A DNA stretch of 64,000 nucleotides from Methanobacteriota archaeon (GCA_947084985.1 CAMTUI010000018.1:36868-100867); one strand, 5' to 3'; positions 37,901-47,220 are shown, counted from the first letter of the stretch. Translations and numbers: made by a program. Notes: generated by a model not told the origin, from the letters alone.

Positions 37901-40328
37901 CCGCAATCTCGCCCTTCTCGATCCGCTCGAGCACCTCGCGGGCGTGGCCGAGGTCCATCACCTCGTGCAGGATCTCGCGGTACGTCTCCTTGACGACCGG
38001 GAAGTCGTCGATCTCGTGAAGCCAGTCGAGCACTCGCTGGGACCGCAGCTGCTGACGCCCGATGGAGACCTCACGGCCCTTGTAGTTGCGCAGGATCATG
38101 AAGGAACGCGTCGCGCAGTGCCGGAAGCGTTGCTTGAACAGCTCCGTGTTCTTGATCGCGCGGCGCAGCAGGTCCTCGAGGTTCTTGCTCGTGACGAGTT
38201 TGATGAGACCGTTGAAGTCGACGCGCTTCGGGACGGTCAGCATGAAGTTGTCGTCCGTCACACTCACGCGGACGTTCGTGTGATGCGCTTCAGTGACCGC
38301 GAATGCGTACGCGCGGCTCAGGGCGTCGTTCACCCGTCGGCCGAACGGGAAGTGGAAAATGAGGTTCCGATTGCCCTTCACGTCGATGTAGCCCTCCAAA
38401 AGGACGGACCGGTCCGTCGGGAGGTCCGGGATCAGGGCCTTCTGCTCTTGGATGTACGAGACGAGCGAACGGGCGGACCCTTCGTCCACGTGGTAGTCGT
38501 CGACAAGCCACGCCCTCGTGGCGGCCTCGCCGTCCTTCTCGACCTTCACCGCAAGGTCACTGCGGAACTGGCCCACGGCGACGGAGAGGTCGAACGACCG
38601 CGGGAGCATCTCACCCGTCCACGAAGGCACGGTTGGCCGACGCCCGGATGCGTCCTTCACGTACACGGAGGTGCCGCGCGCCCGGACGAACTGGTGTGTG
38701 CGGCCGCCGAGGACGAAGATGTCCCCCGGACTGAGGTACTCCACGAACTTCTCGCTCAGCTCCCCGAGCGGCGAGCCGCGCTCCGAGAAGACGTGGTACG
38801 TCCCCTCCTCGGGGATCGTCCCGACGTTCGTGAAATAGATCATCCGGGTGCCCTTCTTCTTCCCGAAGCGACCCTCCTCCTCGTCGAACCAGATCTTCGC
38901 GAATACCTTGATGTCCGGGTTGCGGGAGGAGAGGTAGTCGAGCACCGCGAGGAAGTCCTTCTTCGTCAGGTCGTGGAAACTGTACGACCGCCGGATGACC
39001 TCGTAAGCGTCGTCAGCGTCCCACCGCTTTTCGAGGGACATTGCGACGATCGCCTGGGCGAGGACGTCGAGCGGATTGCGGGCGATGTCGACCCGGTCGA
39101 TCTTGCCGTCGTACGCGGCCTTCGCGAGGGTCGCGCATTCCATGAGGTCCCACGGCTCGAAGGCGATCATACGGCCCTTCGCCGTCGCGCCGTACACATG
39201 TCCGGCGCGGCCGATCCGCTGAAGCCCCTTTGCGACAGACTTCGGCGAGCCGATCTGTACGACGAGGTCGATGTATCCGATGTCGATCCCCAGCTCGAGG
39301 GACGTCGACGACACGGCGGCCTTCAGCAGCCCGTCCTTCAGCTTCTGCTCCACGTCCAGGCGGGTGACCTTCGAGAGGGAGCCGTGGTGGGCCTCCAGGT
39401 CCTCGACCCCGCGCTCCTTGAGCTTGAAGGACACGTGCTCCGTCCCGCTGCGCGTGTTCGTGAAGATGAGGGTCGTGCGGTGCTCGTCGATCAAGTGGCT
39501 CAGGAGGTCGTACATCCGCGCGTTCGCGACCTCCATCGGGACGGCCGTCACGTCCCGCACCGGACACAGGACGGCGAGGTCGAGGGACTTGCGCGTGTCG
39601 ACCTCGACGATGTGCATGTCTCGCACCTTGCCGCCGTCAAACCCGGCGAGGAATTTCGCCTCCTCCTCGATGGGCGCGATCGTCGCGCTCAACCCGATCC
39701 GGACGAAGTCCTTCCCCGTCTGCTCCCGCAGGCGTTCGAGGCATACAGCGAGGAGCGCGCCACGTTTCGAGGAGCACACCTCGTGAATCTCGTCGAGGAT
39801 GACCCAGTCCACGTTCACGAAGCGCTCGCGGAACTTCGGCGTGCTCAGGATGATCGCGAGGCTCTCCGGCGTCGTGATGAAGATATGCGGCGGCCGCCTC
39901 ACTTGCTTCTGCCGCTCCTGGGCGGACGTATCTCCGGAACGCACGCCGACGCGGACCGCAGGGACCGGCTTGCCCTCTTTCTCCGCGAGTTCCGTGAGCT
40001 CCCGCAGCGGCGTCTCGAGGTTCCGGTTGATGTCGTTCGCCAGGGCTTTGAGCGGCGAGACGTAGACGCAGTAGATGCGGTCCTCCAGTTCCCCGCGGAT
40101 CTGCTTCGCGTACAGCTCGTTGATGATCGAGAGGAAGGCAGTGAGGGTCTTCCCGCTCCCCGTGGGCGAGGACACGAGGACGTTCTTCCGCGCGTGGATC
40201 AGCGGTACCGCGTAGGCCTGGGGTTCCGTCAGTCCCTTGAACTTCGACTGGAACCAGTCCCGGATCAGAGGTTCCATGAGCCCAAGGACGTCGTCCTTGG
40301 AGAACGCCTTGCGGACTCTATGTAGCAT
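34920..40328 (-). CDS. lhr: Lhr-type superfamily-2 DNA helicase with a very long C-terminal extension (multiple winged helices and two AlkZ/YcaQ-like modules)
   Basis: 1802 aa. 'SSPTGSGKT' (motif I), 'DEIH' (motif II), 'IGRAGH' (motif VI) and an Lhr-type N-terminus 'LIRDWFQSKFKGLTEPQ'. C-terminal half: 'LLDPWAQPLW...WFFPIVKDGDLVGMAEIW' and 'LTPLDNLFLYV...CFVVFDGPEMVAAF'. Confidence 0.9.
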   Translation of the reverse strand: MLHRVRKAFSKDDVLGLMEPLIRDWFQSKFKGLTEPQAYAVPLIHARKNVLVSSPTGSGKTLTAFLSIINELYAKQIRGELEDRIYCVYVSPLKALANDINRNLETPLRELTELAEKEGKPVPAVRVGVRSGDTSAQERQKQVRRPPHIFITTPESLAIILSTPKFRERFVNVDWVILDEIHEVCSSKRGALLAVCLERLREQTGKDFVRIGLSATIAPIEEEAKFLAGFDGGKVRDMHIVEVDTRKSLDLAVLCPVRDVTAVPMEVANARMYDLLSHLIDEHRTTLIFTNTRSGTEHVSFKLKERGVEDLEAHHGSLSKVTRLDVEQKLKDGLLKAAVSSTSLELGIDIGYIDLVVQIGSPKSVAKGLQRIGRAGHVYGATAKGRMIAFEPWDLMECATLAKAAYDGKIDRVDIARNPLDVLAQAIVAMSLEKRWDADDAYEVIRRSYSFHDLTKKDFLAVLDYLSSRNPDIKVFAKIWFDEEEGRFGKKKGTRMIYFTNVGTIPEEGTYHVFSERGSPLGELSEKFVEYLSPGDIFVLGGRTHQFVRARGTSVYVKDASGRRPTVPSWTGEMLPRSFDLSVAVGQFRSDLAVKVEKDGEAATRAWLVDDYHVDEGSARSLVSYIQEQKALIPDLPTDRSVLLEGYIDVKGNRNLIFHFPFGRRVNDALSRAYAFAVTEAHHTNVRVSVTDDNFMLTVPKRVDFNGLIKLVTSKNLEDLLRRAIKNTELFKQRFRHCATRSFMILRNYKGREVSIGRQQLRSQRVLDWLHEIDDFPVVKETYREILHEVMDLGHAREVLERIEKGEIAVRESDFSNLPSPFAHNVVLQGVSDLVLMEDRSALLRELHRKVLERVMPTDQISSIQFQPGEIAEYFRRKLPKIARKEDVLSYLDRVGDANLLQQKGRNAFDVATASFADVRKWSGQLMEEGPVESVWTPQGIHWTLKDLVPAYAAVHAQRARLKPREEKILTLVREKPRSHKDLARLTKMEKDDLNEALRKLERAYLLGRRGVEETVYFARDPQRANFEEALDKLLAKRLEVDGPHSAQELAVALGLEVDLVEEVLRDLESEGAVSSGHFLVDKEFQYMMTRDLQRIQRKGETREVFDEGQVKAFLLEKQFRGIETLDDYFDRFLEAGMVLDVWNHTARFRYDEWLRRRAAGDLLEGRFLNGRVRYVRAKDVPLFLSAFKRSPLSEFEEKVLSVIRAGEGMDLYAIATKMREERERVKEALETLDYDVYVIRKFQGDGWTARNLYVAFNPPGETVPDALEAIVRRFLAAYGPVPFSGIREWARFEWDELEVLLDRMEERGVVTRILVTGKAESEMYVLADDLPGLRNTAGQSTKDPVRVLSLLDPWAQPLWAQVASRYGEGWFFPIVKDGDLVGMAEIWEMSGCIEVREMDLVSPDLLDEAIDALVRTMSFYAMRGVDVLRVTRFQGKDVPEAEDLSPWTRAGFVKLSDFLAHGPIVPRDFDPKDLLAYVLHKQGIAPEARFRDVLAAAQALGGLRSDFAARLRVKDFRPLERMHRNGLLVKGLAVPRYWTYCTEDDLRLYKAAKAARLTKDMRTILKIAEDESPISRPRLLALSDLGRATTTAALRKLYEGLFITRDASNRYRVVPDPKISREDARREVLRRIIAGLGVTSAEALSACTLFAYNMAEIRQRLREFEKEGWLAKGFLARGERTVMWMIKEDLPQIGHLAFRRKFVLTPLDNLFLYVREAVSRKFRMGSCFVVFDGPEMVAAFKARRRKWQFVVTEFQGDAAARRVIDAWEAENELAVEEEVERISDHEVMEWYAKMYGRAAEK

Positions 40329-40442
40329 CCGGGAACCTCGCGGAGAGTCGGAAATCGCGAGGGATAGCCACTGACCCTAAAAGAGTTTATGGGGCAGCTC
40401 TCCGAAACTGCGTCCGGCAATCCGCCGCGAGAGGTCGAAACG

Positions 40443-41114
40443 TCAGCAGACGGCGAACGTGCGCGTGCCCGTGTGTTCGCGCACACCGATGCTCACGACG
40501 GATTCCAGCTCGACCGTGGTGAAGCGGCATGCCTCGAGGACCTGGATGTCGAGGATCAGCCGGACGGTCGTCGTGCTCGATCCGGCTGTCATCTCGATCG
40601 TCGCGTTCACGTCGCGGCCCAGGGGCCCGGGCGGGACCGACGGAAGGACGCGCGTGATCGTGTCGTTGAAGACGCTCGTCACGACCTGTCTCCGCACGTC
40701 GAACGCGACATCGGAGGCCGCGATGACGACTACGTTCGTCTCCGACGCGGTGCGGTTGAGCCGCATCGATGATGCCCCGTTCGTGACGTTCAGGGCATCG
40801 AAGAACGCCGGCTCGCCGGGCGCGGGCAGGACGAGTCGCACAGGTCCCGTTCCGTTGATCCGGATGTCGACACGATACACGAGGGTCCGCGTGTTCAGCG
40901 TCGTCGTCTGCGTCTGATCGATGCTGATCGCGATCGCGACGGTAGAGAACCCAAGGAGGAACGCGATGGCAGAGGCCGCGAGGATCGTCGCGGGCTGGTC
41001 CGGGCCCTTTCCCATGATCCCGCGGATCCAGGTGTGAAGGGCGATGAACCCCAGGAAGATGATGACGGTGCCGACGAGGTACAGGGGCCAGATCGTCAGA
41101 AGGACCTCGGCCAT
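40443..41114 (-). CDS. Membrane protein with 2 N-terminal TM and an extracytoplasmic domain rich in N-x-S/T sequons, function unknown
   Basis: The start is taken at ATG 41114 ([15 protein letters not shown]...). Sequons NVT, NRT, NDT, NAT. 223 aa. Confidence 0.6.
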   Translation of the reverse strand: MAEVLLTIWPLYLVGTVIIFLGFIALHTWIRGIMGKGPDQPATILAASAIAFLLGFSTVAIAISIDQTQTTTLNTRTLVYRVDIRINGTGPVRLVLPAPGEPAFFDALNVTNGASSMRLNRTASETNVVVIAASDVAFDVRRQVVTSVFNDTITRVLPSVPPGPLGRDVNATIEMTAGSSTTTVRLILDIQVLEACRFTTVELESVVSIGVREHTGTRTFAVC

Positions 41115-41157
41115 CCGGGGGCGACACGCGCCTCTCCGGCATGAAGCTGCCGGGGCC

Positions 41158-42327
41158 TCACGCGCGCTCGACAACCATCGAGACCGCGTTGCCGCCGCCG
41201 AGGCACAGGGTCGCGAGGCCCCGCTTCGCACCCCAGTCCCGCATCGCATGGATGAGCGTCGTGAGGACGCGCGCCCCGCTGCAGCCGATCGGGTGGCCCA
41301 TGGCCACCGCGCCGCCGTTCACGTTGAACCGGTCGTACGGGATGCCGAGCTCGCGCATCACCGCGACGCTCGCCGCCGCATAGGCCTCGTTGTGCTCGAA
41401 CAGGTCGATGTCGTCGACCGAGAGCCCGGTCCTCTTCAGGAGCTTCCGGACGCCCGGGATCGGGGCCTCCATGACCCACTCCGGTTTCACGCCGGCCGTG
41501 CCGTAGTCGACCACGTGGGCGAGGGGCTTCACCCCGTGCCGGTCCGCTGCCTCGCGGGACATGACGACCATCGCCGCCGCGCCGTCGCTCAGCTGGGACG
41601 CATTCCCGGCCGTCACGAGGCCGCCTTCCCGGAACACGGGCGGGAGCCTCGCGAGCTTCTCCAGCGACGTGTCGTGGCGGATCCCTTCGTCGACCTCTAC
41701 GAGCCCCGCGCCCGGCACCTCCACTGGGAGGATTTCCTCCTTGAACTTCCCCTCCTGGGTCGCGCGCGCCGCTCGGCGGTGACTCTCCAAGGCGAAGGCG
41801 TCCATCTCCTCCCGCGTGACGTGGAATCGCTCCGCGACGATCTCGCCCGTGATGCCCATGTGGAACTGATTGTAGACGTCCCAGAGGCCGTCGTGCACCA
41901 TCGAATCGATGAATTGCACGTTGTTGATCCCGACTCCCCAGCGGGCCTCCTTCACAAGGTACGGTGCGCGGCTCATCGACTCCATGCCGCCCGCGACGAC
42001 GACGTCCGCGCTGCCCGCGCGGATCATGTCGGCGGCGAACATCACGGCCTGCAGGCCGGAGCCGCACACCTTGTTGACCGTCACGGCGCCGACCCGGTCC
42101 GGGAGGCCGCCCAGGAGGGCCGCCTGTCGCGCGGGGTTCTGGCCCAGGCCCGCCTGGAGCACGTTCCCCATGATCACTTCCTCGATGTCCGCGCCCACCA
42201 AGCCCGCGCGGGACACCGCATCCGCGACCACGACGCTTCCGAGCCTCACGGCCTCGACGTTGCGGAACGCTCGGCCGTACTTGCCGACCGGGGTGCGGCA
42301 GGCGCCCGCGAGGACGACGTCTGTCAG
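41158..42327 (-). CDS. Acetyl-CoA C-acetyltransferase (thiolase II type); apparent CTG start
   Basis: Active-site '[12 protein letters not shown]', 'NEAYAA' and '[14 protein letters not shown]'. The track start GTG 42249 omits the in-frame upstream '[25 protein letters not shown]'. See findings. Confidence 0.9.
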   Translation of the reverse strand: MTDVVLAGACRTPVGKYGRAFRNVEAVRLGSVVVADAVSRAGLVGADIEEVIMGNVLQAGLGQNPARQAALLGGLPDRVGAVTVNKVCGSGLQAVMFAADMIRAGSADVVVAGGMESMSRAPYLVKEARWGVGINNVQFIDSMVHDGLWDVYNQFHMGITGEIVAERFHVTREEMDAFALESHRRAARATQEGKFKEEILPVEVPGAGLVEVDEGIRHDTSLEKLARLPPVFREGGLVTAGNASQLSDGAAAMVVMSREAADRHGVKPLAHVVDYGTAGVKPEWVMEAPIPGVRKLLKRTGLSVDDIDLFEHNEAYAAASVAVMRELGIPYDRFNVNGGAVAMGHPIGCSGARVLTTLIHAMRDWGAKRGLATLCLGGGNAVSMVVERA

Positions 42328-42499
42328 GGGAACGACCTCCGTCCGGGATTCAAGAGGTCCGCGCGTTATTTAAGCTGTTGGCACCGACGGTTCGTCCGCG
42401 CGGCCGCTACCTGCACGATGCATGCACGCGCCCCGCTTATTCCCGATCGACGATGTCCGCCGGACGTCCGCCTCGGAGAGGCGGGCGAGGTGCAAGACG

Positions 42500-43300
42500 A
42501 TGGGGAACGGAATCAAGCTGGGGCCGCGCGCGGCGATCCTCGTGGCGGTCCTGCTGGCGGCGAGCGCGGTGGGCATCCTGACGCCCACCTTGAGCAGCAT
42601 CGTGTCGAGAGAGACGAAGGTGAATGGCTTCGCGGTCAACTTGACCGTCGAGGGGGTGCCAGAGACCGTCGCACCCGGGGATGTGTTCCGGGTGACCGCG
42701 ACCCTGGCGAACAACGCGAACCGACCCACTCCCGCGGTCCTCCGGATGGAGGTCCGGAACCCGAACACGACGACGCCCGACGAACTGACCGTCTACGCGG
42801 GGTGCGGAGCGGAGGAGGTCGTCTCCGGCACGCGGCTGATCTACTACATCGGATGGCACGGGCCGCTCCTTGCTCCGAAGGGCGTGTCCTTTGCGGCCGG
42901 AGTGAGCGTCTCGGCAATCGACGCGGCAATCGGCGACGCGGATTACTGGCCGTCCGTCCTGCATGAAGTCGAGCAGCGCGATCCGGTGGGATACGCGTCC
43001 CTGATCGACCCCGGGCTCAACGCGTCCGCGGGCGTCCGCAACTCCGGGTCCAGCGTTCTGAAGGCCCTGTACTACTACGGGATGGTCCGGTCCGATGCGG
43101 AAGACAGTTCGAACCTGGCCGACTGGGTCCTGACGACCGCGTTCACGGAGCGCTTCGTCGCCTACGGGGGACCCGCACAGGACGGGTTCCTCGTGGAGAT
43201 CCACCCGCAATCCCGAGGGAGCTTCGTCTTCAAGTTCTGGGCGGAGCGCCCGGATGGGCTCGGGATCCCGGGCCACCCGTACACCTGCGGGCCGCTGTGA
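42500..43300 (+). CDS. Secreted or membrane-anchored protein, function unknown
   Basis: ATG 42500 gives a signal-anchor 'MGNGIKLGPRAAILVAVLLAASAVG'. 266 aa. No motif recognised. Confidence 0.6.
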   Translation: MGNGIKLGPRAAILVAVLLAASAVGILTPTLSSIVSRETKVNGFAVNLTVEGVPETVAPGDVFRVTATLANNANRPTPAVLRMEVRNPNTTTPDELTVYAGCGAEEVVSGTRLIYYIGWHGPLLAPKGVSFAAGVSVSAIDAAIGDADYWPSVLHEVEQRDPVGYASLIDPGLNASAGVRNSGSSVLKALYYYGMVRSDAEDSSNLADWVLTTAFTERFVAYGGPAQDGFLVEIHPQSRGSFVFKFWAERPDGLGIPGHPYTCGPL

Positions 43301-43310
43301 CCGGCGGCCC

Positions 43311-43325
43311 TTTTTATTTTTTATT
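43311..43325 (+). terminator. Oligo-T tract (TTTTTATTTTTTATT), a likely archaeal terminator
   Basis: It starts 11 nt after the stop at 43298-43300 and is the only long T-run in the neighbourhood. Confidence 0.5.
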
Positions 43326-43377
43326 GTCCATCTAAGTCAGGCCGAAGATTGATGTCCCCCCTGTCGATGGCCTCGAC

Positions 43378-44451
43378 ATGGAATTTCAGCCGTTCGAACA
43401 TCTCCACTACTACGAGCACGTCCGCGGCGTTCGGCGGAACATATCGTACTCCAACGTCCTCGCGATGCGCCTGGGCGAGTTCCACCGCCAGCTTCCCGAG
43501 GACTTGGATCTGAACTGGACGGACCCGGATGGGGCACCGGAGTTGCGTCGGTTGATCGCGAGGCGCCATCGCGTTTCGAAGGACCGCGTGCTCGTGACGA
43601 CGGGTGCGACGGAAGCGAATTTTCTCGCGAACGCAGCGCTCGTCCGGCCCGGAGACCGCGTCGTGATCGACTCCCCGACGTACACGCCCCTCCGGGAGTG
43701 CCCGAGAGGCTTTGGGGCGGACGTCGTCCTCGTGACGCGAGATTGCCGGGACGGATGGCGGCTGGACCTCGACCGGTACGTGCAGGCGGCGGAAGGTGGT
43801 GTCCGCCTCTTCGTCTTCGCGAACCTGAACAATCCGACGTCCGCGGGCCTCCGTCGGTCGGACATCGAGGAGGTCGCGGACCTGGCGGAGGAGCACGATG
43901 CGTATGTCCTCGTGGACGAAACGTTCCGGGAACTCGCCTTCGACCGCACGCCCCCGAGCGTGGCCCGCTTCGGACCGCGCATGATCGCCGTGTCCACGGT
44001 GACGAAGGTGTGCGGCCTCGGAGCGTTGCGCGTTGGATGGATCGTCGCGTCGCGGGAACTCCTCGGGCAAGTCCGGACCGTCAAAGACTACACGACGATT
44101 TGCGGCTCTTCACTGACCCATCTCTTCGCCCAGTGGGCACTCGAGCGGTGGGAATTCTTCCTCCGTCGGGCGAGGAAAATCCTAGATCGAAATCGCAAGA
44201 TCGCCCGCGAGACCATGGAGGAGGCGCCGTACCTTCGGGGAGATGTGCCCACGGCGGGGACCGTCCTGTTCCCGCATTGCGATGTGGATGTCGGGAAGCT
44301 CTCGGAGGTCCTCCTGAGGAAGTACAAGACCGTCATCGCGCACGGACGGTTCTTCGGCATGGCCGACCACTTCCGACTCGGGTTGGGCGGAGACAGTGAC
44401 GAACTTCGCGAAGGGCTCGACTACCTCCGGATGGCCCTCCGAGACGTCTGA
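43378..44451 (+). CDS. Class I/II PLP-dependent aminotransferase
   Basis: 'VTTGATEANF', 'NLNNPTS' and 'VSTVTKVCGLGALRVGW' (PLP Lys). 357 aa. Confidence 0.85.
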   Translation: MEFQPFEHLHYYEHVRGVRRNISYSNVLAMRLGEFHRQLPEDLDLNWTDPDGAPELRRLIARRHRVSKDRVLVTTGATEANFLANAALVRPGDRVVIDSPTYTPLRECPRGFGADVVLVTRDCRDGWRLDLDRYVQAAEGGVRLFVFANLNNPTSAGLRRSDIEEVADLAEEHDAYVLVDETFRELAFDRTPPSVARFGPRMIAVSTVTKVCGLGALRVGWIVASRELLGQVRTVKDYTTICGSSLTHLFAQWALERWEFFLRRARKILDRNRKIARETMEEAPYLRGDVPTAGTVLFPHCDVDVGKLSEVLLRKYKTVIAHGRFFGMADHFRLGLGGDSDELREGLDYLRMALRDV

Positions 44452-44470
44452 GAAGACCGCTGCGGCCTGC

Positions 44471-45424
44471 TCATGCGAGGGCACCGGTGAGAACTTCCGG
44501 CGCGACATTGCCTCCGGAAATCACGACGGCGACGGGCGGCTCGAGAGACGGGCTGTATCGCACCCATGCTGCGAACGCAGCGGCCCCCGCGGGTTCCGCG
44601 ACGACCTTCGCCTCGAAGACGAGACGACGCATCGCGAGGCGGATGTCATCGTCGGAGACTACAAGGCATCCGTCGAGGTTGCGAGCGAGGAGGCCCACCA
44701 TCGTCGGCAGAACGAGGCCGATCTGGATCCCGTCCGCGATTGTGCGCGGATGCTCGACGCGAAATCCCCGCTTCGTCTTCAGCGCGGTCGGCACGGAGGC
44801 CGCGCCCTCGGCCTGCACGCCGAATACCTTTACCTTCGGGAGCCGGTCCTTCATGGCGATCGCGATGCCCGACACGAGGCCCCCGCCGCCGACCGGGACG
44901 AGGACGGACCGAACGTCGGGGGCGTCCTCTGCGAGTTCCCACCCCACCGTGCCCTGGCCCGCGATCACAGCCGGGTGGGCGAAGGGATGTATAAACGTCT
45001 GTGGCCAGGTGCGCCAGCCCTCCTCCCAGTGGGCCCGCACGAGTTCCTGCCGCGGCAGGTAGTTCAGCTCCGCTCCCGTCGCCCGGATGGCCTCGACCTT
45101 CCGCCCGCTGGCGCCCTCGGGAACGTGGACCACGCACCGCAAGCCGAGTCGCTTCGCGGCCCAGGCCACCGCGAGACCGTGATTGCCCGAACTCACCGTG
45201 GCGACGCCGCGCCGACGTTCGTCCGGCGTGAGCCGCGACATCCGGTTCCACGCGCCGCGGACCTTGAAGGCGCCGAGGCGCTGGAGATTCTCGAGTTTCA
45301 GGAGCGCCTCATCCGGGCCCGCTGCCCTGAATGGGATCGTGGGGGTTCGGGGGGCCACCTCTCGAACCACATCGACGGCGGCTTCGACATCGGCCAGGGT
45401 CACCTGAATGCTCATGGCGGGCAA
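44471..45424 (-). CDS. Threonine/serine dehydratase family PLP enzyme (threonine ammonia-lyase-like)
   Basis: 'LQRLGAFKVRGA' (PLP Lys), 'SSGNHG' and 'PVGGGGLVSG'. 317 aa. Confidence 0.88.
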   Translation of the reverse strand: MPAMSIQVTLADVEAAVDVVREVAPRTPTIPFRAAGPDEALLKLENLQRLGAFKVRGAWNRMSRLTPDERRRGVATVSSGNHGLAVAWAAKRLGLRCVVHVPEGASGRKVEAIRATGAELNYLPRQELVRAHWEEGWRTWPQTFIHPFAHPAVIAGQGTVGWELAEDAPDVRSVLVPVGGGGLVSGIAIAMKDRLPKVKVFGVQAEGAASVPTALKTKRGFRVEHPRTIADGIQIGLVLPTMVGLLARNLDGCLVVSDDDIRLAMRRLVFEAKVVAEPAGAAAFAAWVRYSPSLEPPVAVVISGGNVAPEVLTGALA

Positions 45425-45637
45425 GCTCTCCGCAGACGTGTGGCGTCAGCTCTTTCGAGCGCCTGGAGCGGAGAGGGCGAGCGGACCCCGACGGTTCCAA
45501 GCGCGGCCGCGCGGTTCGAATTCACGGACGGGGCCATCGAGCGGCGCGTATGTAAGGTTGGCCGACTCACCGATGGCAAAAACGCTAAGTGGGCATTAGC
45601 CTATCACCGGCCGCTCTTCTGCATCGGGGGGAACGCG

Positions 45638-47014
45638 ATGGCCGGAAAGGCAGCCACGGAACTTCGGGGTTGGGTGCGGGGCGATGTGATCGCCCCTGGT
45701 GACGAACGCTACGACGAGGCGCGAAAGGTCTACAACGGGATGATCGACAGGCGGCCGGCCGTCGTCGTGCGGTGCGCCGGCGTCGCAGACGTCATTGCCG
45801 CCGTGAAGGCGGCTCGCGCGGAAGGACTCAACATCGCCGTGCGCGGCGGCGGCCATAGCGTGCCGGGCTTCGGGACGGCGGACGACGCGCTCGTCGTGGA
45901 CCTCGTCCGGATGAAAGGCATTCGAGTGGACCCGGCTGCGAGGACCGCCCGGGCCGAGGGCGGATGCACGTGGGGCGACTACAACCACGCGACCCACGCC
46001 TTCGGCTTGGCGAGCACGGGCGGGGTTGTCTCCACTACCGGCATCGCAGGACTCACCCTCGGGGGCGGCATCGGTTACCTTTGCCGGTCCGCAGGACTGT
46101 CGCTGGACAACCTGCTCTCCGCCGACGTCGTCCTCGCCGACGGGTCCTTCGTGACGGCCAGCAAGGACGCGAACCCGGACCTCTTCTGGGCGCTCCGAGG
46201 CGGCGGAGGCAACTTCGGTGTCGTGACGAGCTTCGAGTACCGCCTGCACCCTCTCAAGAGCATCGTGGGCGGGCCCATGTTCTTCGATGTCGAGGACGCG
46301 CCCGACGTGATGCGCGCCTTCAACGACTACATGACGAAAGCACCCCGGCAGCTGTACGCCGTGTTTGCGTGGCAGATCGCACCGCCCCTCCCCTTCATCC
46401 CCGAGGACCGCCACGGCGACACCTTGTGCGCGTTGGTCGTGTGCTGGACCGGGCCAAGCGATGAAGCGGAAAAAGCGCTGGCACCCCTGCGGGGCGCGGC
46501 GGACCCTGTCGCTGAACTCGTCGGGCCCATGCCCTACCCGGCGCTGAACAGTGCCTTCGACGCCCTGTATCCACCCGGGCTCCAGCATTACTGGAAGGCC
46601 GCTTTCGGAGGGGAACTCACGGACGAACTCATCGAGGCCCACATGGCCCACGGGCCCAAGGTCCCCGTCGTCCAATCGACGACGCACATCTACCCGATTA
46701 ACGGCGCCGTGCACGACGTGGCGCACGACGCGACCGCCTTCGGCCATCGCGATGCCAAGTACGCGACGGTCATCGCCGGAATGTGGCCCGAGCCGGCCCA
46801 GAATGATGCGAACATCAAGTGGGTCCGCGACTACTTCAAGGCGATCGCACCCTACTCCGACGAGGGCGGTTACATCAACTTCCTAGCCGGGGACGACATG
46901 GACCGGGTCCGGGCGAACTACGGAAGGAGCTACGACCGGCTCGTTGAGATCAAAGCCAAGTACGACCCGGAAAACGTCTTCCGCTTCAACCAAAACCTCT
47001 CGCCCGGGACGTGA
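45638..47014 (+). CDS. FAD-linked oxidase (PCMH-type FAD-binding domain plus BBE-like C-terminus)
   Basis: ATG 45638 lies within track ORF 44396..47014. 'VRGGGHSVPGFG', 'RGGGGNFGVVT' and the C-terminal 'YDPENVFRFNQNL'. Confidence 0.88.
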   Translation: MAGKAATELRGWVRGDVIAPGDERYDEARKVYNGMIDRRPAVVVRCAGVADVIAAVKAARAEGLNIAVRGGGHSVPGFGTADDALVVDLVRMKGIRVDPAARTARAEGGCTWGDYNHATHAFGLASTGGVVSTTGIAGLTLGGGIGYLCRSAGLSLDNLLSADVVLADGSFVTASKDANPDLFWALRGGGGNFGVVTSFEYRLHPLKSIVGGPMFFDVEDAPDVMRAFNDYMTKAPRQLYAVFAWQIAPPLPFIPEDRHGDTLCALVVCWTGPSDEAEKALAPLRGAADPVAELVGPMPYPALNSAFDALYPPGLQHYWKAAFGGELTDELIEAHMAHGPKVPVVQSTTHIYPINGAVHDVAHDATAFGHRDAKYATVIAGMWPEPAQNDANIKWVRDYFKAIAPYSDEGGYINFLAGDDMDRVRANYGRSYDRLVEIKAKYDPENVFRFNQNLSPGT

Positions 47015-47114
47015 TTCTCGCCCGGACCCAATCGAGATCCCGCCGGCCTCATTGCGCGAGCTCGGGCCTCCCCCATTGAGTCAGGACGGCCGATGAGCAG
47101 GTCCTAGAAACGTA

Positions 47115-47189
47115 CGGGCACGGAGGGATTCGAACCCTCGTCGGAGGCTCCGAAGGCCTCAAGCCTAGTCCAAACTAGCCGACGTGCCC
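47115..47189 (-). tRNA. tRNA-Arg (anticodon UCG); CCA not encoded
   Basis: Hand-folded cloverleaf. Acceptor GGGCACG/CGUGCCC. D arm GGCU-AGUUUGGACUA-GGCU with A14, G18G19 and A21. Anticodon arm GAGGC-CUUCGGA-GCCUC. T arm GAGGG-UUCGAAU-CCCUC. Discriminator G. Confidence 0.9.
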
Positions 47190-47210
47190 AGCGGTCGAAC
47201 CGCCCCGCTC

Positions 47211-47220
47211 GATAAAAGGG
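47211..47220 (-). promoter_or_regulatory. TATA-like box (CCCTTTTATC on the minus strand) 22-31 nt upstream of the tRNA 5' end
   Basis: Spacing fits an archaeal TATA-to-TSS distance, with the TSS at or near tRNA position 1. Confidence 0.55.

Noticed and set aside
40443-43300. Thiolase flanked by two sequon-rich or secreted orphan proteins as a functional cluster.
   Set aside because: The genes are on different strands with their own promoter/terminator signals (oligo-T at 43311-43325), and no functional logic links them. I treat this as coincidental adjacency.
44396-45637. N-terminal 414-aa extension of the FAD-oxidase ORF. Similar 5' extensions occur on the MutY (54304..54813), AsnRS (29748..30164), aquaporin (60130..60354), YrdC (17594..17977) and glyoxalase (34874..35143) ORFs.
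   Set aside because: The extensions overlap neighbouring real genes, are compositionally junk-like, and lie upstream of where the conserved family N-termini begin. Internal ATG/GTG/TTG starts fit the family lengths.
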